Shown piece after piece: positions 28,995 through 38,236 of a stretch of DNA of 64,000 bases. The position numbers and the translations under genes were made by a program. Under the pieces are notes generated by a model. That model worked only from the letters and a program-made list of their open reading frames with translations, was not told the DNA's origin and searched no databases. The stretch is from Candidatus Iainarchaeum sp. (GTDB lineage: Archaea; Iainarchaeota; Iainarchaeia; Iainarchaeales; GCA-2688035). The stretch's first letter is position 1. Each line of letters starts with the position of its first letter. Where the stretch lies: the NCBI GenBank assembly GCA_017610175.1, contig JAFCCO010000002.1, forward strand, positions 32,001 to 96,000. The letters are read 5' to 3'.

Positions 28995-29070
28995 TGTTGG
29001 GAGTTAAGGAGGTAGGCCATATCACAATGTGATTCCCTGGCTTACCTCTCTTACGATTATCCTCTTCTTT
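28995..29070 (+). ncRNA. Candidate structured small RNA of unknown family
   Basis: 11-bp stem GAGGTAGGCCA/TGGCTTACCTC extended by TAAG/CTTA, inner hairpin ATCAC-AAT-GTGAT; TATA-like ATTTAAAG about 25 nt upstream; pyrimidine tract downstream. Confidence 0.4.
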
Positions 29071-29097
29071 TAGAGCCTTTTTATTGCAAAAATAGCC

Positions 29098-30615
29098 TTA
29101 TTTCATTGCAGTGCTGTTAAGCATCTTTTCAGTTGCCTTTACTGCGGCCATTACCTGGTCTGAGTCGACCCCGATTGTTTTGAAAACGGTTCCGTTCTTT
29201 TTCCAAACAATGGTTGTCTCAACAAGCGCGTCAGTCTTTCCGCCCGGTGGAATCCTCACCTCATAGTCAGTCAGCTGTGGCAGGCTTAAGCCCATTTTCT
29301 TTGCGGCAGGAGTTAATGCATTCATGAATGCGTCATACCCTCCGTCCCCAACCCCGCTGGTTTCAACCGTGTCTCCGTTTGATTTAAGTGTGAATGAGGC
29401 AGTTGGGGTTATTCCCTTTCCGCTTGTTACCACACAGTTAATTATTTTGATGCGCTGTGTTTCAGGGGTTTGCAGAACGTCCGAAACAATGTAGGGAAGG
29501 TCCTCGGGAGTTATTTTTTCCTTCATGTCCCCGAGCTTTACGATTCTTTCAAGAACCGCTTTTCTTTGCTCTGCAGTCAATTCAATCCCAAGCTTTTTCA
29601 GGTTCATTTCAAGCGATGCCTTTCCCGAAAGCTTTCCCAAAGCGTACTCGCGTTCCCGCCCAAATCTTTTTGGGAGTAATTTGTTTGCGTAAAGGTTTCC
29701 TTTCTTGTCCCCGTCTGCGTGGATTCCCGCTGTTTGCGTGAACGTATTTTCACCCGAAATCGGCTTGTTTTCTGCCAGCCTTTTTCCTGAAAATGTTTCA
29801 GCTATCTTGCTTGCCATGTATATTTTCTCTTCCGCAACCCTTGTTTCAAATTGAGTGTGGTCCTTTATTGCGGCGGCAACCTCGTCAAGCGGTGCATTCC
29901 CGCATCTTTCCCCCAGCCCGTTTAGCGTAACGTGCATGCCTGAGCAGCCGGCCTCTGTTGCCGCAAGTGTGTTTGCCACAGCAAGCCCGTAATCATTGTG
30001 TGCGTGGAAGTCAAATTTCATTTCAGGGAATTCTTTAAGCATTTCCCCCACAAACTGCGCCGTTTTTGTTGGGGAAAAAACCCCCAGCGTGTCAGGGAGA
30101 AGAACTCGTTCTATTGGAAGCTCTGAAAGCAGTTTGGTGAATTCAAGCACGTATTCCTTGCTTTCCTGAATTCCGTTGCTCCAGTCCTCGAGGTAAACAT
30201 TTACATTAAAGCCCTGCTTTTTTGCGTACTCAATTGTTTTTTTCGCATCCTCAAAGTGCTGTTCCTTGCTTTTGCCAAGCTGCTGTGTGCAGTGCTTTAA
30301 GCTTCCTTTTGCAAGCAGGTTAATTGTTTTTCCACCCGCCCTTTTAATCCAGTTAACCGATTCCTCAAAGTCCACAAAGCCAAGCACTTCAACCCTTTCA
30401 AGAAGCCCTTCTTTTTTTGCCCAGGCCGTTATTTTTTTAACCGCTTCAAGTTCGCCCTCTGAAACCCTTGCATTTGCAACCTCTATCCTGTCAACTTTCA
30501 GCTCGCTTAGGAGCATTTTTGCAAGCCCAAGCTTTTCCTCGGGTGAGAATGCGACGTTTTGGGTTTGTTCCCCGTCGCGCAGCGTAGTGTCCATTATTTC
30601 AACGGTTTTGCTCAT
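29098..30615 (-). CDS. cimA: (R)-citramalate synthase, Leptospira/Bacteroidota-like, LeuA superfamily
   Basis: IMDTTLRDGEQT, VNVYLEDWSNG, FHAHNDYG, NGLGERCGN, TQTAGIHADG, regulatory domain VRIPPGGKTDALVET. Confidence 0.8.
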   Translation of the reverse strand: MSKTVEIMDTTLRDGEQTQNVAFSPEEKLGLAKMLLSELKVDRIEVANARVSEGELEAVKKITAWAKKEGLLERVEVLGFVDFEESVNWIKRAGGKTINLLAKGSLKHCTQQLGKSKEQHFEDAKKTIEYAKKQGFNVNVYLEDWSNGIQESKEYVLEFTKLLSELPIERVLLPDTLGVFSPTKTAQFVGEMLKEFPEMKFDFHAHNDYGLAVANTLAATEAGCSGMHVTLNGLGERCGNAPLDEVAAAIKDHTQFETRVAEEKIYMASKIAETFSGKRLAENKPISGENTFTQTAGIHADGDKKGNLYANKLLPKRFGREREYALGKLSGKASLEMNLKKLGIELTAEQRKAVLERIVKLGDMKEKITPEDLPYIVSDVLQTPETQRIKIINCVVTSGKGITPTASFTLKSNGDTVETSGVGDGGYDAFMNALTPAAKKMGLSLPQLTDYEVRIPPGGKTDALVETTIVWKKNGTVFKTIGVDSDQVMAAVKATEKMLNSTAMK

Positions 30616-30669
30616 GCGGATGCCCCCTTTGGAAATACTGGTTTGGTGGCTAAACAATTCAAGAAACAG

Positions 30670-30708
30670 TTATTGCGGAAGAATCCGTAAATCCCTTCTG
30701 TTTGCCAT
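30670..30708 (-). CDS. Putative leaderless cimA leader peptide (MANRRDLRILPQ)
   Basis: ATG about 24 nt after the TATA CTTTAAAA; Ile at codon 9; codons 8-11 complementary to the cimA SD region. Confidence 0.6.
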   Translation of the reverse strand: MANRRDLRILPQ

Positions 30709-30783
30709 AATAATCTTTTAGTTGCCCTGTTTTTTTAAAGCTTTGCACAGGGGCGTGGTCATTTCCTTTTTAGGTTCGGGGCA

Positions 30784-31311
30784 TTATACTGCGCGCAAAT
30801 CTATTACCCTGTCAACAAACATGCTTGCTTCCTGGATTAGTGCGTCCTGTTCCTTTATGCTCAGCGCGTAAAACAGTGCCTTTGTTTTGGTTGTTTTTAT
30901 TTTTGTGGTAGTGTTTGACAGGAACTTTGCAACAGGTGCCTTTTCCTGGTAAATTATCAGGTTTGTCAGAGAGTCAAAAATAAGGTAGTCGACTCCTTTG
31001 GCAAGCATTTCAGAAATTGCTATTGCAATTTTTGTAAGCGCCGCAGGGGACGAAACATATATGCATTGAGGGCTATCCTCAACCTGCCTAATTGTTTTTG
31101 AGATTGCATCCACAAACAGGAAGTTTGTTATGTTAATCTTCAGCTTTTCAAATTCTTCCTTTATTGCGGGGAAGGTTTTGTTAAGTGAAATGTAGGCAAC
31201 CTTCTTTCCACTGAGTTGTTTTGCGATATTTTCTGTCAGCGGGTTGTACTGGGTTCCCGGAACAAGAAGTAAAATTGTTTGGTCTTCGGCAAGTGCGGTA
31301 ACTACATTCAT
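30784..31311 (-). CDS. Small KaiC/RecA-like (DUF835/DUF7504-like) signalling domain protein lacking Walker A
   Basis: YISLNK, FLFVDAIS, VSSPAALT, LIFDSLTNL, FVDRVI. Confidence 0.7.
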   Translation of the reverse strand: MNVVTALAEDQTILLLVPGTQYNPLTENIAKQLSGKKVAYISLNKTFPAIKEEFEKLKINITNFLFVDAISKTIRQVEDSPQCIYVSSPAALTKIAIAISEMLAKGVDYLIFDSLTNLIIYQEKAPVAKFLSNTTTKIKTTKTKALFYALSIKEQDALIQEASMFVDRVIDLRAV

Positions 31312-31313
31312 CT

Positions 31314-31664
31314 TTATGCCCCCGTTAGTTTCTTCACACGTTTCAAAAGGTCTTTAAGGTCAAATGGCTTTTGAATGAAGTCCACAATGTTTCCCTTTAT
31401 CAGGTCCTCTTTTTCAGCTTCCCCAACCCTTACAACCGTGAGGTATGCTATTTTGATTCCCTTTATTTCGGAGACTATTTCCCTTGTCGGCCTGCCGGGC
31501 ATCATTATGTCCATCAAAATCAGGTCCGGTTTTTCGGTTTCAAGCTTGTTCAGGCAGTCTTCCCCGCTTACTGCCGTAAGAACTTTGTAACCCTCTTTCT
31601 CAAGAATGGTTTTCACTGTGTCCCTAATGTCTGATTCGTCGTCAACAACCATTACAGTTTTCAT
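31314..31664 (-). CDS. Stand-alone response regulator receiver domain
   Basis: MVVDDE, PDLILMDIMMP, YLT, FIQKPFD. Confidence 0.92.
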   Translation of the reverse strand: MKTVMVVDDESDIRDTVKTILEKEGYKVLTAVSGEDCLNKLETEKPDLILMDIMMPGRPTREIVSEIKGIKIAYLTVVRVGEAEKEDLIKGNIVDFIQKPFDLKDLLKRVKKLTGA

Positions 31665-31769
31665 TTTCAACACTCTCCGGTATTTGCTCTTTTTTTCTGG
31701 AAATATAAGCCCTTAATTTATATTAATACTTATCGTTTGATAGCTTACATGTATTTATGCAATTAGGGC

Positions 31770-33170
31770 CTATTTTTGTTGCAAATGCCATTTTGTGCCG
31801 TTTGGGGTGTCATCAATTAGCACGCCCTGCGCCGCAAGCTCATCCCTGATTTTGTCGGACTCTTCCCACTTCTTTTCCGCGCGCAGTTCTTCCCTTTTCT
31901 TAATCAGGCCAAGCAGTTCCTTGGAAAGTTCAGACTTTTCCTGCTCAAACTTAAACGCCTGCAGGAACTTATTCACCTGCTTGAGGAAATCGAGTGCGTG
32001 CTCCCCATTCTCCTTTCCAAACGTTTCTTCGCCCATGCTTTTGTTGAGTTCTGTCTGCATTTTTTGCAGTGCAGCCCATGCATTCGGAAGCATGAAGTCG
32101 TCGTCAAGTGCGGCGTTCACTTCTTCCCTTGTTTTTTCAACAACTGCGTCGGCTTCCTTGCTTTCATCCCCATCTTTCCAGCCCAAAAGCCTTTCAATAA
32201 ACAAATCCCATTTTTTTAGCGTATTTTTTGCCTTCTCCATTGCTTTCTCTGTGAAATCTATTCTGCTTCTGTAGTGCAGCCCAGCCACAAAGAACCTGAA
32301 TGTGCGTGCGTCATACTTTTTAAGAAGGTCAGGGATTTGGATGAAGTTTCCAAGGCTCTTTGACATTTTCTGCCCGTCAACGTTGAGGAAGCCTGAGTGA
32401 ATCCAGTACTTTACAAACGGTTCCTTTCCGCTTCTTGCCTCACTTTGTGCAATCTCATTTTCGTGGTGCGGGAAAATTAAATCCACTGCCCCGCCGTGAA
32501 TGTCAATCTGCTCCCCAAGGTGCTTGCTGCTCATAACGCTGCATTCAATGTGCCAGCCAGGCCTTCCCTTTCCCCAGGGTGAGTCCCACGCGGGTTCGTT
32601 TTCCTGCTTTTGCTTTTTCCACAGCGCAAAGTCCTTTGCGTTCTCCTTGTCGTACTTGTCTGTTTCAACCCTTGTTCCGGTCTTTTGCTCTTTTGCCTTT
32701 ATGCCGCTTAATTTTCCGTACCCTGGAAACTTGCTTATGTCAAAGTACACGCCGTCATCCGTTTCGTAGGCAAAGCCTTTGTCCTGAAGTTCTTTCACAA
32801 AGTCAATTATCGCCCCAATGTGTTCTGTTACCCTTGGGTAAACGTCTGCCTTTTTGATTCCAAGCGAATCCATGTCCTTGAAGAAGAGCGCGATATTTTT
32901 GTCGGCAAGCTCGAAAATGGTTATTCCCTGTTCGTTTGCCTTCTTTATCATGTCGTCGTGGATGTCTGTCAGGTTCACAACAAATTTCACGTTAAATCCG
33001 CGGCTCTCTAAATAGCGCCTTATAATATCGAATGCAACATAGGTTCTTGCGTGCCCTATGTGTCCCGGCCCGTAGACGGTTGGGCCGCATACATACATTG
33101 AGAGGTTTTTTCCGTGAAGCGGTTTAAGTTCCTGTTTCTCCCTTCCCAGTGTATTGTATACTTTTACCAT
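31770..33170 (-). CDS. cysS: Cysteine--tRNA ligase
   Basis: YVCGPTVY, HIGH, GRPGWHIECS, FPHHENE, KMSKS. Confidence 0.98.
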   Translation of the reverse strand: MVKVYNTLGREKQELKPLHGKNLSMYVCGPTVYGPGHIGHARTYVAFDIIRRYLESRGFNVKFVVNLTDIHDDMIKKANEQGITIFELADKNIALFFKDMDSLGIKKADVYPRVTEHIGAIIDFVKELQDKGFAYETDDGVYFDISKFPGYGKLSGIKAKEQKTGTRVETDKYDKENAKDFALWKKQKQENEPAWDSPWGKGRPGWHIECSVMSSKHLGEQIDIHGGAVDLIFPHHENEIAQSEARSGKEPFVKYWIHSGFLNVDGQKMSKSLGNFIQIPDLLKKYDARTFRFFVAGLHYRSRIDFTEKAMEKAKNTLKKWDLFIERLLGWKDGDESKEADAVVEKTREEVNAALDDDFMLPNAWAALQKMQTELNKSMGEETFGKENGEHALDFLKQVNKFLQAFKFEQEKSELSKELLGLIKKREELRAEKKWEESDKIRDELAAQGVLIDDTPNGTKWHLQQK

Positions 33171-33228
33171 TGCCTGTCACTTCAAATAACTTGGAAAAAA
33201 CTAAATAAAATGCTTTGCTTGGCGGCAA

Positions 33229-34596
33229 CTAAAGCCCTAGCTCTTTTTTCCACTTGCTGCAAAGCATTTCAACTTTTATTTCCGCGAGGCCTGTGTATTT
33301 TGTCGGGTCGGCAATTATTGTCATTTGTTCCTTTGAGAATTTTTCAAGATATGGCTTTAATTCAGTCTCTTCGCCGGCAATCTCCATCAGCGGCTTTCCT
33401 TCTTTGTCCGCTTTCAAAGTGAGCTGTTTCACGGTTTCGTGTGCGTCAGGGTGCTTGTGGAATGCGAGAAGAATGTAAAGCGGCTCTGCAACAATGCTTG
33501 CCCCGCTTTTGTCAAAGTTTCTCTTCATGCTTTCCCTGTCAACAACCAGCTTTTTGCACACGCGGTTTAGCCTGTTCGCGCTTGAAACAAGTGCTGCCAA
33601 AATCTCAGGAATAAACCTTTGCGACGCGCTGTTAGTCAAATCCCTTTGGTGCTCGCTTATCTGGTCAAGGTAAATTGTTGTCATCCTTGGCATAAATTCT
33701 TTGTAGAATGATTTTACGTTCTCAAAGTTTATTGGGTTTCTTTTGTGCGGCATTGTGCTGCTTCCAACCTGGTCAGATGCAAAGGCTTCTCCCACCTCTG
33801 CAATTTCGCTTCTCTGCAGGTTCCTCATGTCGTCCGCAAAGTTTGCAAGTATTCCGAATGCTGAAATGTTTGCGTGAACCAAATCCACAAGCGGCTCTGC
33901 CTCCACAATTTGTGTGCTGCTTGCGCTTGCTTTGAGCCCAAGGCCTTTCATTATCCTTTCCTCAAACTTAAGCGGGTCCTTCACAAGAAGAGCGCTTGCG
34001 TTGTATGCGCCAATTGCTCCCGAGAACTTTCCCACAAGTTTGTCTTTTGCGCCCTCAATCTCCTTTATGCGTGAGCCAAGGCGACTTACATACCCTGCAA
34101 TCGCAAACCCGAATGTTATGGGCTCTGCGTGCTGTCCGTGTGTTCTTCCAATCTGGATTGTTCCCTTTTCCCTTTGGGCTATCTCAATGAATGTTTTTTC
34201 CAGTTCCAGGAGAGCGGGCAGAACAAGTTTTTCAACCGCGTCCTTGTATCTTAGTGCGTTTGCGGTGTCAACAATGTCATAGCTTGTGCTTGAAAGGTGG
34301 ACGTATGGCTTTGCCTCGTCGCTCACCCTTTCCCTTATTTTGTTCACAAGCGCCCTTATGTCATGCCTTGTCTTGTTCTCTTCCTCATACACTTCAGCCG
34401 CTTCAACCTGCTTGCTGGCATTATCAATTTCCTTTGCAATTTTGGCTGAGCAAATTCCCTCAGCAGCAAGCGCCTTTGCAAGCTCTGCCTCAACTCTTGC
34501 CTGGTACTTTATTCTTGCCTTTTCGCTGAGGTATTCCGAAATCTTTTTGCTTCCATATCTGTAGTCAAGCGGTGAGATGCTGTCAAATTTGTCCAT
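33229..34596 (-). CDS. purB: Adenylosuccinate lyase
   Basis: SPLDYRY, GRTHGQHA, GSSTMPHKRNPINFE. Confidence 0.96.
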   Translation of the reverse strand: MDKFDSISPLDYRYGSKKISEYLSEKARIKYQARVEAELAKALAAEGICSAKIAKEIDNASKQVEAAEVYEEENKTRHDIRALVNKIRERVSDEAKPYVHLSSTSYDIVDTANALRYKDAVEKLVLPALLELEKTFIEIAQREKGTIQIGRTHGQHAEPITFGFAIAGYVSRLGSRIKEIEGAKDKLVGKFSGAIGAYNASALLVKDPLKFEERIMKGLGLKASASSTQIVEAEPLVDLVHANISAFGILANFADDMRNLQRSEIAEVGEAFASDQVGSSTMPHKRNPINFENVKSFYKEFMPRMTTIYLDQISEHQRDLTNSASQRFIPEILAALVSSANRLNRVCKKLVVDRESMKRNFDKSGASIVAEPLYILLAFHKHPDAHETVKQLTLKADKEGKPLMEIAGEETELKPYLEKFSKEQMTIIADPTKYTGLAEIKVEMLCSKWKKELGL

Positions 34597-34601
34597 TCAA
34601 T

Positions 34602-35564
34602 TCACTCCGTTTTCTCAAGGAAGGTTTTGTACTCCTGCACAACTTCCTCTAGGCCCGGAACATTCCAGTGCTTTTCGCCTGTCCACGCCTCGCAAATGCT
34701 TTTGTACATGTTTCCAACAAGCTCTATTAATTCTGCCGGAAGCGGGCTTGGGGACGTAAATTCACCGTGCCCCTTTCCTTCCCCTTTCTCTTTTTCAATC
34801 ACTTCATACCAGGGGGTTGTTTTGTAGTAATCCCTTAGAACCTGCTTGCTCAGGTGCATTCCGTTGAACAAAAATCTGTTTTCGTCAAGCGTTCCGCAAA
34901 CATCAACAAGCACAAGCTCTTTTGCCGGGTTGTATCCAAACTCTACCTTTCCGTCTGCGTGCTCCAATCCAAGCGATTCCGCTTTCTTTGTGAGGAAATC
35001 GTTTATTGCAAGCGCCTTTTCTTTGAGCTCGTCAATCTTTTCCTGCGAGAGTGCTGAAATTTCCTTTGCTTCCTCCCATGTAAGGTAACGGTCTGTTGGC
35101 TCAAGCTTTGTGCTTACATCCATTATTGGCTTTTCAAGCTTTTCACCCGGAACCGGCATTTTGTCCAGCCCAAGCTGTTCAATTGTTGTCTGCCCCTTGT
35201 CAAGTCTCTTGAATACGCTGCTTCCGTCTGGAAGCGAGTTCCTGAAAATAACTTCCAGCGGAACAAGGTAGTTTGACATTCCTTCCTTTAACTCTCCTTT
35301 CTGCGGGAAAAGCACGCGAACCAAATCTACCTCCATCTCGTTTCCTGAAACAAGTTTTCTGAAGTGTGATTTTATTCCAAGCTTTGCAAGTTCCTCAAAA
35401 TTGTATGCGGCCATTCTGCATAGCGCTTCTCCCTTGTGGGGGATTGTGTCCGGCATTTTTCCGTAATCAAAGACAGAGTAGTCGTCCGTAAACTTGAACA
35501 CTCCAACCCCTGTCTCGCTTTCACTTGCCGCTTTTTCAACTGTCAGATCCTTTACACTTCCCAT
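34602..35564 (-). CDS. purC: SAICAR synthase
   Basis: MGSVKDL, FTDDYSVFD, STKLE, DGKVEFG, GTLDENR, LSKQVLRDYY. Confidence 0.95.
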   Translation of the reverse strand: MGSVKDLTVEKAASESETGVGVFKFTDDYSVFDYGKMPDTIPHKGEALCRMAAYNFEELAKLGIKSHFRKLVSGNEMEVDLVRVLFPQKGELKEGMSNYLVPLEVIFRNSLPDGSSVFKRLDKGQTTIEQLGLDKMPVPGEKLEKPIMDVSTKLEPTDRYLTWEEAKEISALSQEKIDELKEKALAINDFLTKKAESLGLEHADGKVEFGYNPAKELVLVDVCGTLDENRFLFNGMHLSKQVLRDYYKTTPWYEVIEKEKGEGKGHGEFTSPSPLPAELIELVGNMYKSICEAWTGEKHWNVPGLEEVVQEYKTFLEKTE

Positions 35565-35573
35565 CAAACCACC

Positions 35574-36389
35574 TCATTTTTCCTGTTCGGCCTTATCGGT
35601 CGCAATAACTTTTTCTTTCTGGCTTTCCCTAAAGCTCTTTAGTGCCTTAGTGTACTTGCCGTTTCCGATATTAAGCAATTGGGCTGCTGCAATGCATGCA
35701 TTTTCAACGCGGTTCAATCCAACCCACGCACCTTTTGCGGTGTCCTTCTCAAGCAGGGCAACATCTTTTGCACTTGAACCCTCTTTCATGGGCACATTTA
35801 TTGCAAGCGCATTCTCCCTTTCCTCAAGCTCTTCTCCAAGCGGATGCAGGTTAATCAGTATATCTTTGGCAGGGTCAAATCCCAGGCCAAGGTCCTCAAC
35901 TATTTCAAATTCGGCTCCAAGTTCCTCGAGAACGCCAACCCCTTTGTGGAGCCTTTTTGTTGTCTTCTCTTCTTCCCCGAATTTGTTTAGCACAACTATT
36001 TTGCTTCTTTTTTCAAATGCAAGCCCTGCGGTTTCAGCAGCCTGTTCGGCATTGTTGACTCCAACAGCCAGAACCGGCATTCCGCCCGGCATTTGGTGCA
36101 CTGAAAGCAATGCGTCTGTTCCCCCGTAGTTTCCTGTAACTGGCACTCCAATCACAAGTTTGAGGGTTTCCGAGGCTGTTACTCCTGGCAGTGCGGCGCT
36201 TAGTCCTGCTCCTGCAATAATTAGGTCTGCATCTGTTTTCCCTAAAATGTCCTTTAACATTTCAGGGGTCCTGTGCGCGGAGCAAATCCGCATCTCAAAA
36301 CCAATTCCCCTTGCTTTCAAACCTTTCAGGATTGCGCTGTAAACTTCTGAATCTGATGCGCTTCCAAAAACAACTAGTGCTTTACCCAT
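35574..36389 (-). CDS. purE: AIR carboxylase / N5-CAIR mutase with a degenerate second PurE-like domain
   Basis: GSASD, SAHRTP, AGAGLSAALPG, VIGVP, QMPGGMPV; C-terminal VGLNRVENACIAAAQLL. Confidence 0.85.
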   Translation of the reverse strand: MGKALVVFGSASDSEVYSAILKGLKARGIGFEMRICSAHRTPEMLKDILGKTDADLIIAGAGLSAALPGVTASETLKLVIGVPVTGNYGGTDALLSVHQMPGGMPVLAVGVNNAEQAAETAGLAFEKRSKIVVLNKFGEEEKTTKRLHKGVGVLEELGAEFEIVEDLGLGFDPAKDILINLHPLGEELEERENALAINVPMKEGSSAKDVALLEKDTAKGAWVGLNRVENACIAAAQLLNIGNGKYTKALKSFRESQKEKVIATDKAEQEK

Positions 36390-36453
36390 TCAAATCCCCC
36401 ATAATGCTAGCGTTATAACTCATTTAAAACTATTGCTTAGGAATGAATTTCGT

Positions 36454-37638
36454 ATGGCTTCTAAAAAAGCCCTTTCTTATTTGGGGGGGCTTGAAAAACA
36501 GGGAATTATCCTTGGATTGGAGCGAGTGCGTGAATTTCTCGCGATTTTGGGAAATCCTGAAAAGAAATTCAAGTCAGTGCACATTGCGGGAACAAACGGG
36601 AAGGGGTCAACGGCTGCAATGCTTTCATCAGTTCTCCAAAAAGCCGGATTCAAAACCGGGCTCTACACTTCACCGCACCTTGTTGAATTCAACGAACGCA
36701 TTCAAATCAACGGCGAAAAAATTTCAGATTCCGAACTTGATGCGCTTGCCCTGCGCCTGCGCAGGCTGAAAGAGGAGTCCAAAATCCAGCTCACCTACTT
36801 TGAGTTCACAACAGCTCTTGCGTTCGAATACTTTGCGTCCAAGGAAGTGGACTTTGCGGTTATTGAAACCGGAATGGGGGGTCGCTTGGACGCGACAAAC
36901 GTACTTTTGCCGGAGGTTACCGCAATCACAAATATCGCGGTTGAGCACTCCGAATACCTTGGGGATTCAATTGAGAAGATTGCGGCAGAGAAGGCTGGAA
37001 TAATCAAGCAGGGCGTTTCATTTGTTACCACCGAACAGAATCCTGTTGTTATCGGGCTGTTCAAAAAAGTCTGCTCCGAAAAGCAAAGCAAATTTGTGCA
37101 CATATCCAAACAGTTTGCCGGACCGGTTCCGTTTCCCGGCAAGCACCAAAGAATGAATGCCGCGCTTGCATTTGAAACCGCTGCGCAGCTTGGAATTGGC
37201 GGGCAAATAATTGCGAACGGGATTTCTTCTGCCAAATGGCCTGCCCGCTTTGAAACAGTGCATGAAAACCCAAGGGTGGTTCTTGACGTTGCGCACAACC
37301 CTGCCGGCGCGCGCGCCCTTGCGGAAACAATTAAGTCCGAATTAAAGGCTGAAAAAGTGTTTCTTGTCCTCGGTGTTGCGGACGGAAAGGACATTGATGG
37401 AATCTCCTCCGCCCTTGCCCTGCTTGCCTCAAAGGTTTTTGTTGCGTCCCCAAAATTTCGCGGAATGCCCGCCGAACAGGCTTTGGATTCGGTTAAAAAA
37501 TTCAATTCAAACGCGGTTGCCTTCAAATCGGTTGCCTTTGCAATTGAAAAGGCAATTGAAGAGGCCGGAAGAGAAAGTGTGGTGGTTGTGTGCGGAAGCC
37601 ACTTTACTGTTGGGGAAGCTGTTTTAAATCTGCGGTAA
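36454..37638 (+). CDS. folC: Folylpolyglutamate/dihydrofolate synthase
   Basis: HIAGTNGKGS, YTSPHL, ETGMGGRLDATN, DVAHNP. Confidence 0.95.
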   Translation: MASKKALSYLGGLEKQGIILGLERVREFLAILGNPEKKFKSVHIAGTNGKGSTAAMLSSVLQKAGFKTGLYTSPHLVEFNERIQINGEKISDSELDALALRLRRLKEESKIQLTYFEFTTALAFEYFASKEVDFAVIETGMGGRLDATNVLLPEVTAITNIAVEHSEYLGDSIEKIAAEKAGIIKQGVSFVTTEQNPVVIGLFKKVCSEKQSKFVHISKQFAGPVPFPGKHQRMNAALAFETAAQLGIGGQIIANGISSAKWPARFETVHENPRVVLDVAHNPAGARALAETIKSELKAEKVFLVLGVADGKDIDGISSALALLASKVFVASPKFRGMPAEQALDSVKKFNSNAVAFKSVAFAIEKAIEEAGRESVVVVCGSHFTVGEAVLNLR

Positions 37639-37705
37639 AAAAGGAAGTAGTTACCCACTTGCGAGTATCATAACGTTTTTAAGTAATTAGGTTGTGTTTT
37701 TTGTT

Positions 37706-38236
37706 ATGCACAAGTACAGATTGATTGCTGGAAGCGCAATGCTTGCCGCGGCAAGCGTATTGCTCCAAATATTCAAGATTGCAATACCCTGGGGTGTGAT
37801 GGACATTGACCTTGTGGGGGTTTCATGGCTTATTGCAACGTTCCTTTTCGGGCTTACAGGAGGGCTTTTAACATCCCTTGTTGCCGCAATCGGAATAGCA
37901 ATTTTTGCCCCAAGCGGTTTTGTGGGTGCGCTAATGAAGTTCCTTGCAACAGGCATCATGGTGCTCATTGTGGGTGTTGTCGGCAAAACAGTTGGTTTTA
38001 ACAGAAAGGGAACAGTTGTTGCATTTGCTGCCTGCTTGGTTGCAAGGCCTGTGCTTATGACTTTGTTCAATTACTATCTTGGAATACCGCTTTTCTTTGG
38101 AATGCCAACTGAACTTGCAATTGCGGAATTCCCGCCTGAACTCTTCTTGATTCCCAACGCAATACTTGCGGCCATTGACTTCTGGGTGGCTTATGCATTA
38201 GTTTTTGGCACCAATCTTAAGGCCCGAATTGAATGA
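37706..38236 (+). CDS. ECF transporter S component
   Basis: About 175-aa hydrophobic protein directly upstream of ECF A and T genes. Confidence 0.75.
   Translation: MHKYRLIAGSAMLAAASVLLQIFKIAIPWGVMDIDLVGVSWLIATFLFGLTGGLLTSLVAAIGIAIFAPSGFVGALMKFLATGIMVLIVGVVGKTVGFNRKGTVVAFAACLVARPVLMTLFNYYLGIPLFFGMPTELAIAEFPPELFLIPNAILAAIDFWVAYALVFGTNLKARIE

Noticed and set aside
29098-30615. Calling this gene leuA
   Set aside because: The YLEDWSNG and TQTAGIHADG motifs fit the Leptospira-type citramalate synthase better, though substrate specificity is unproven
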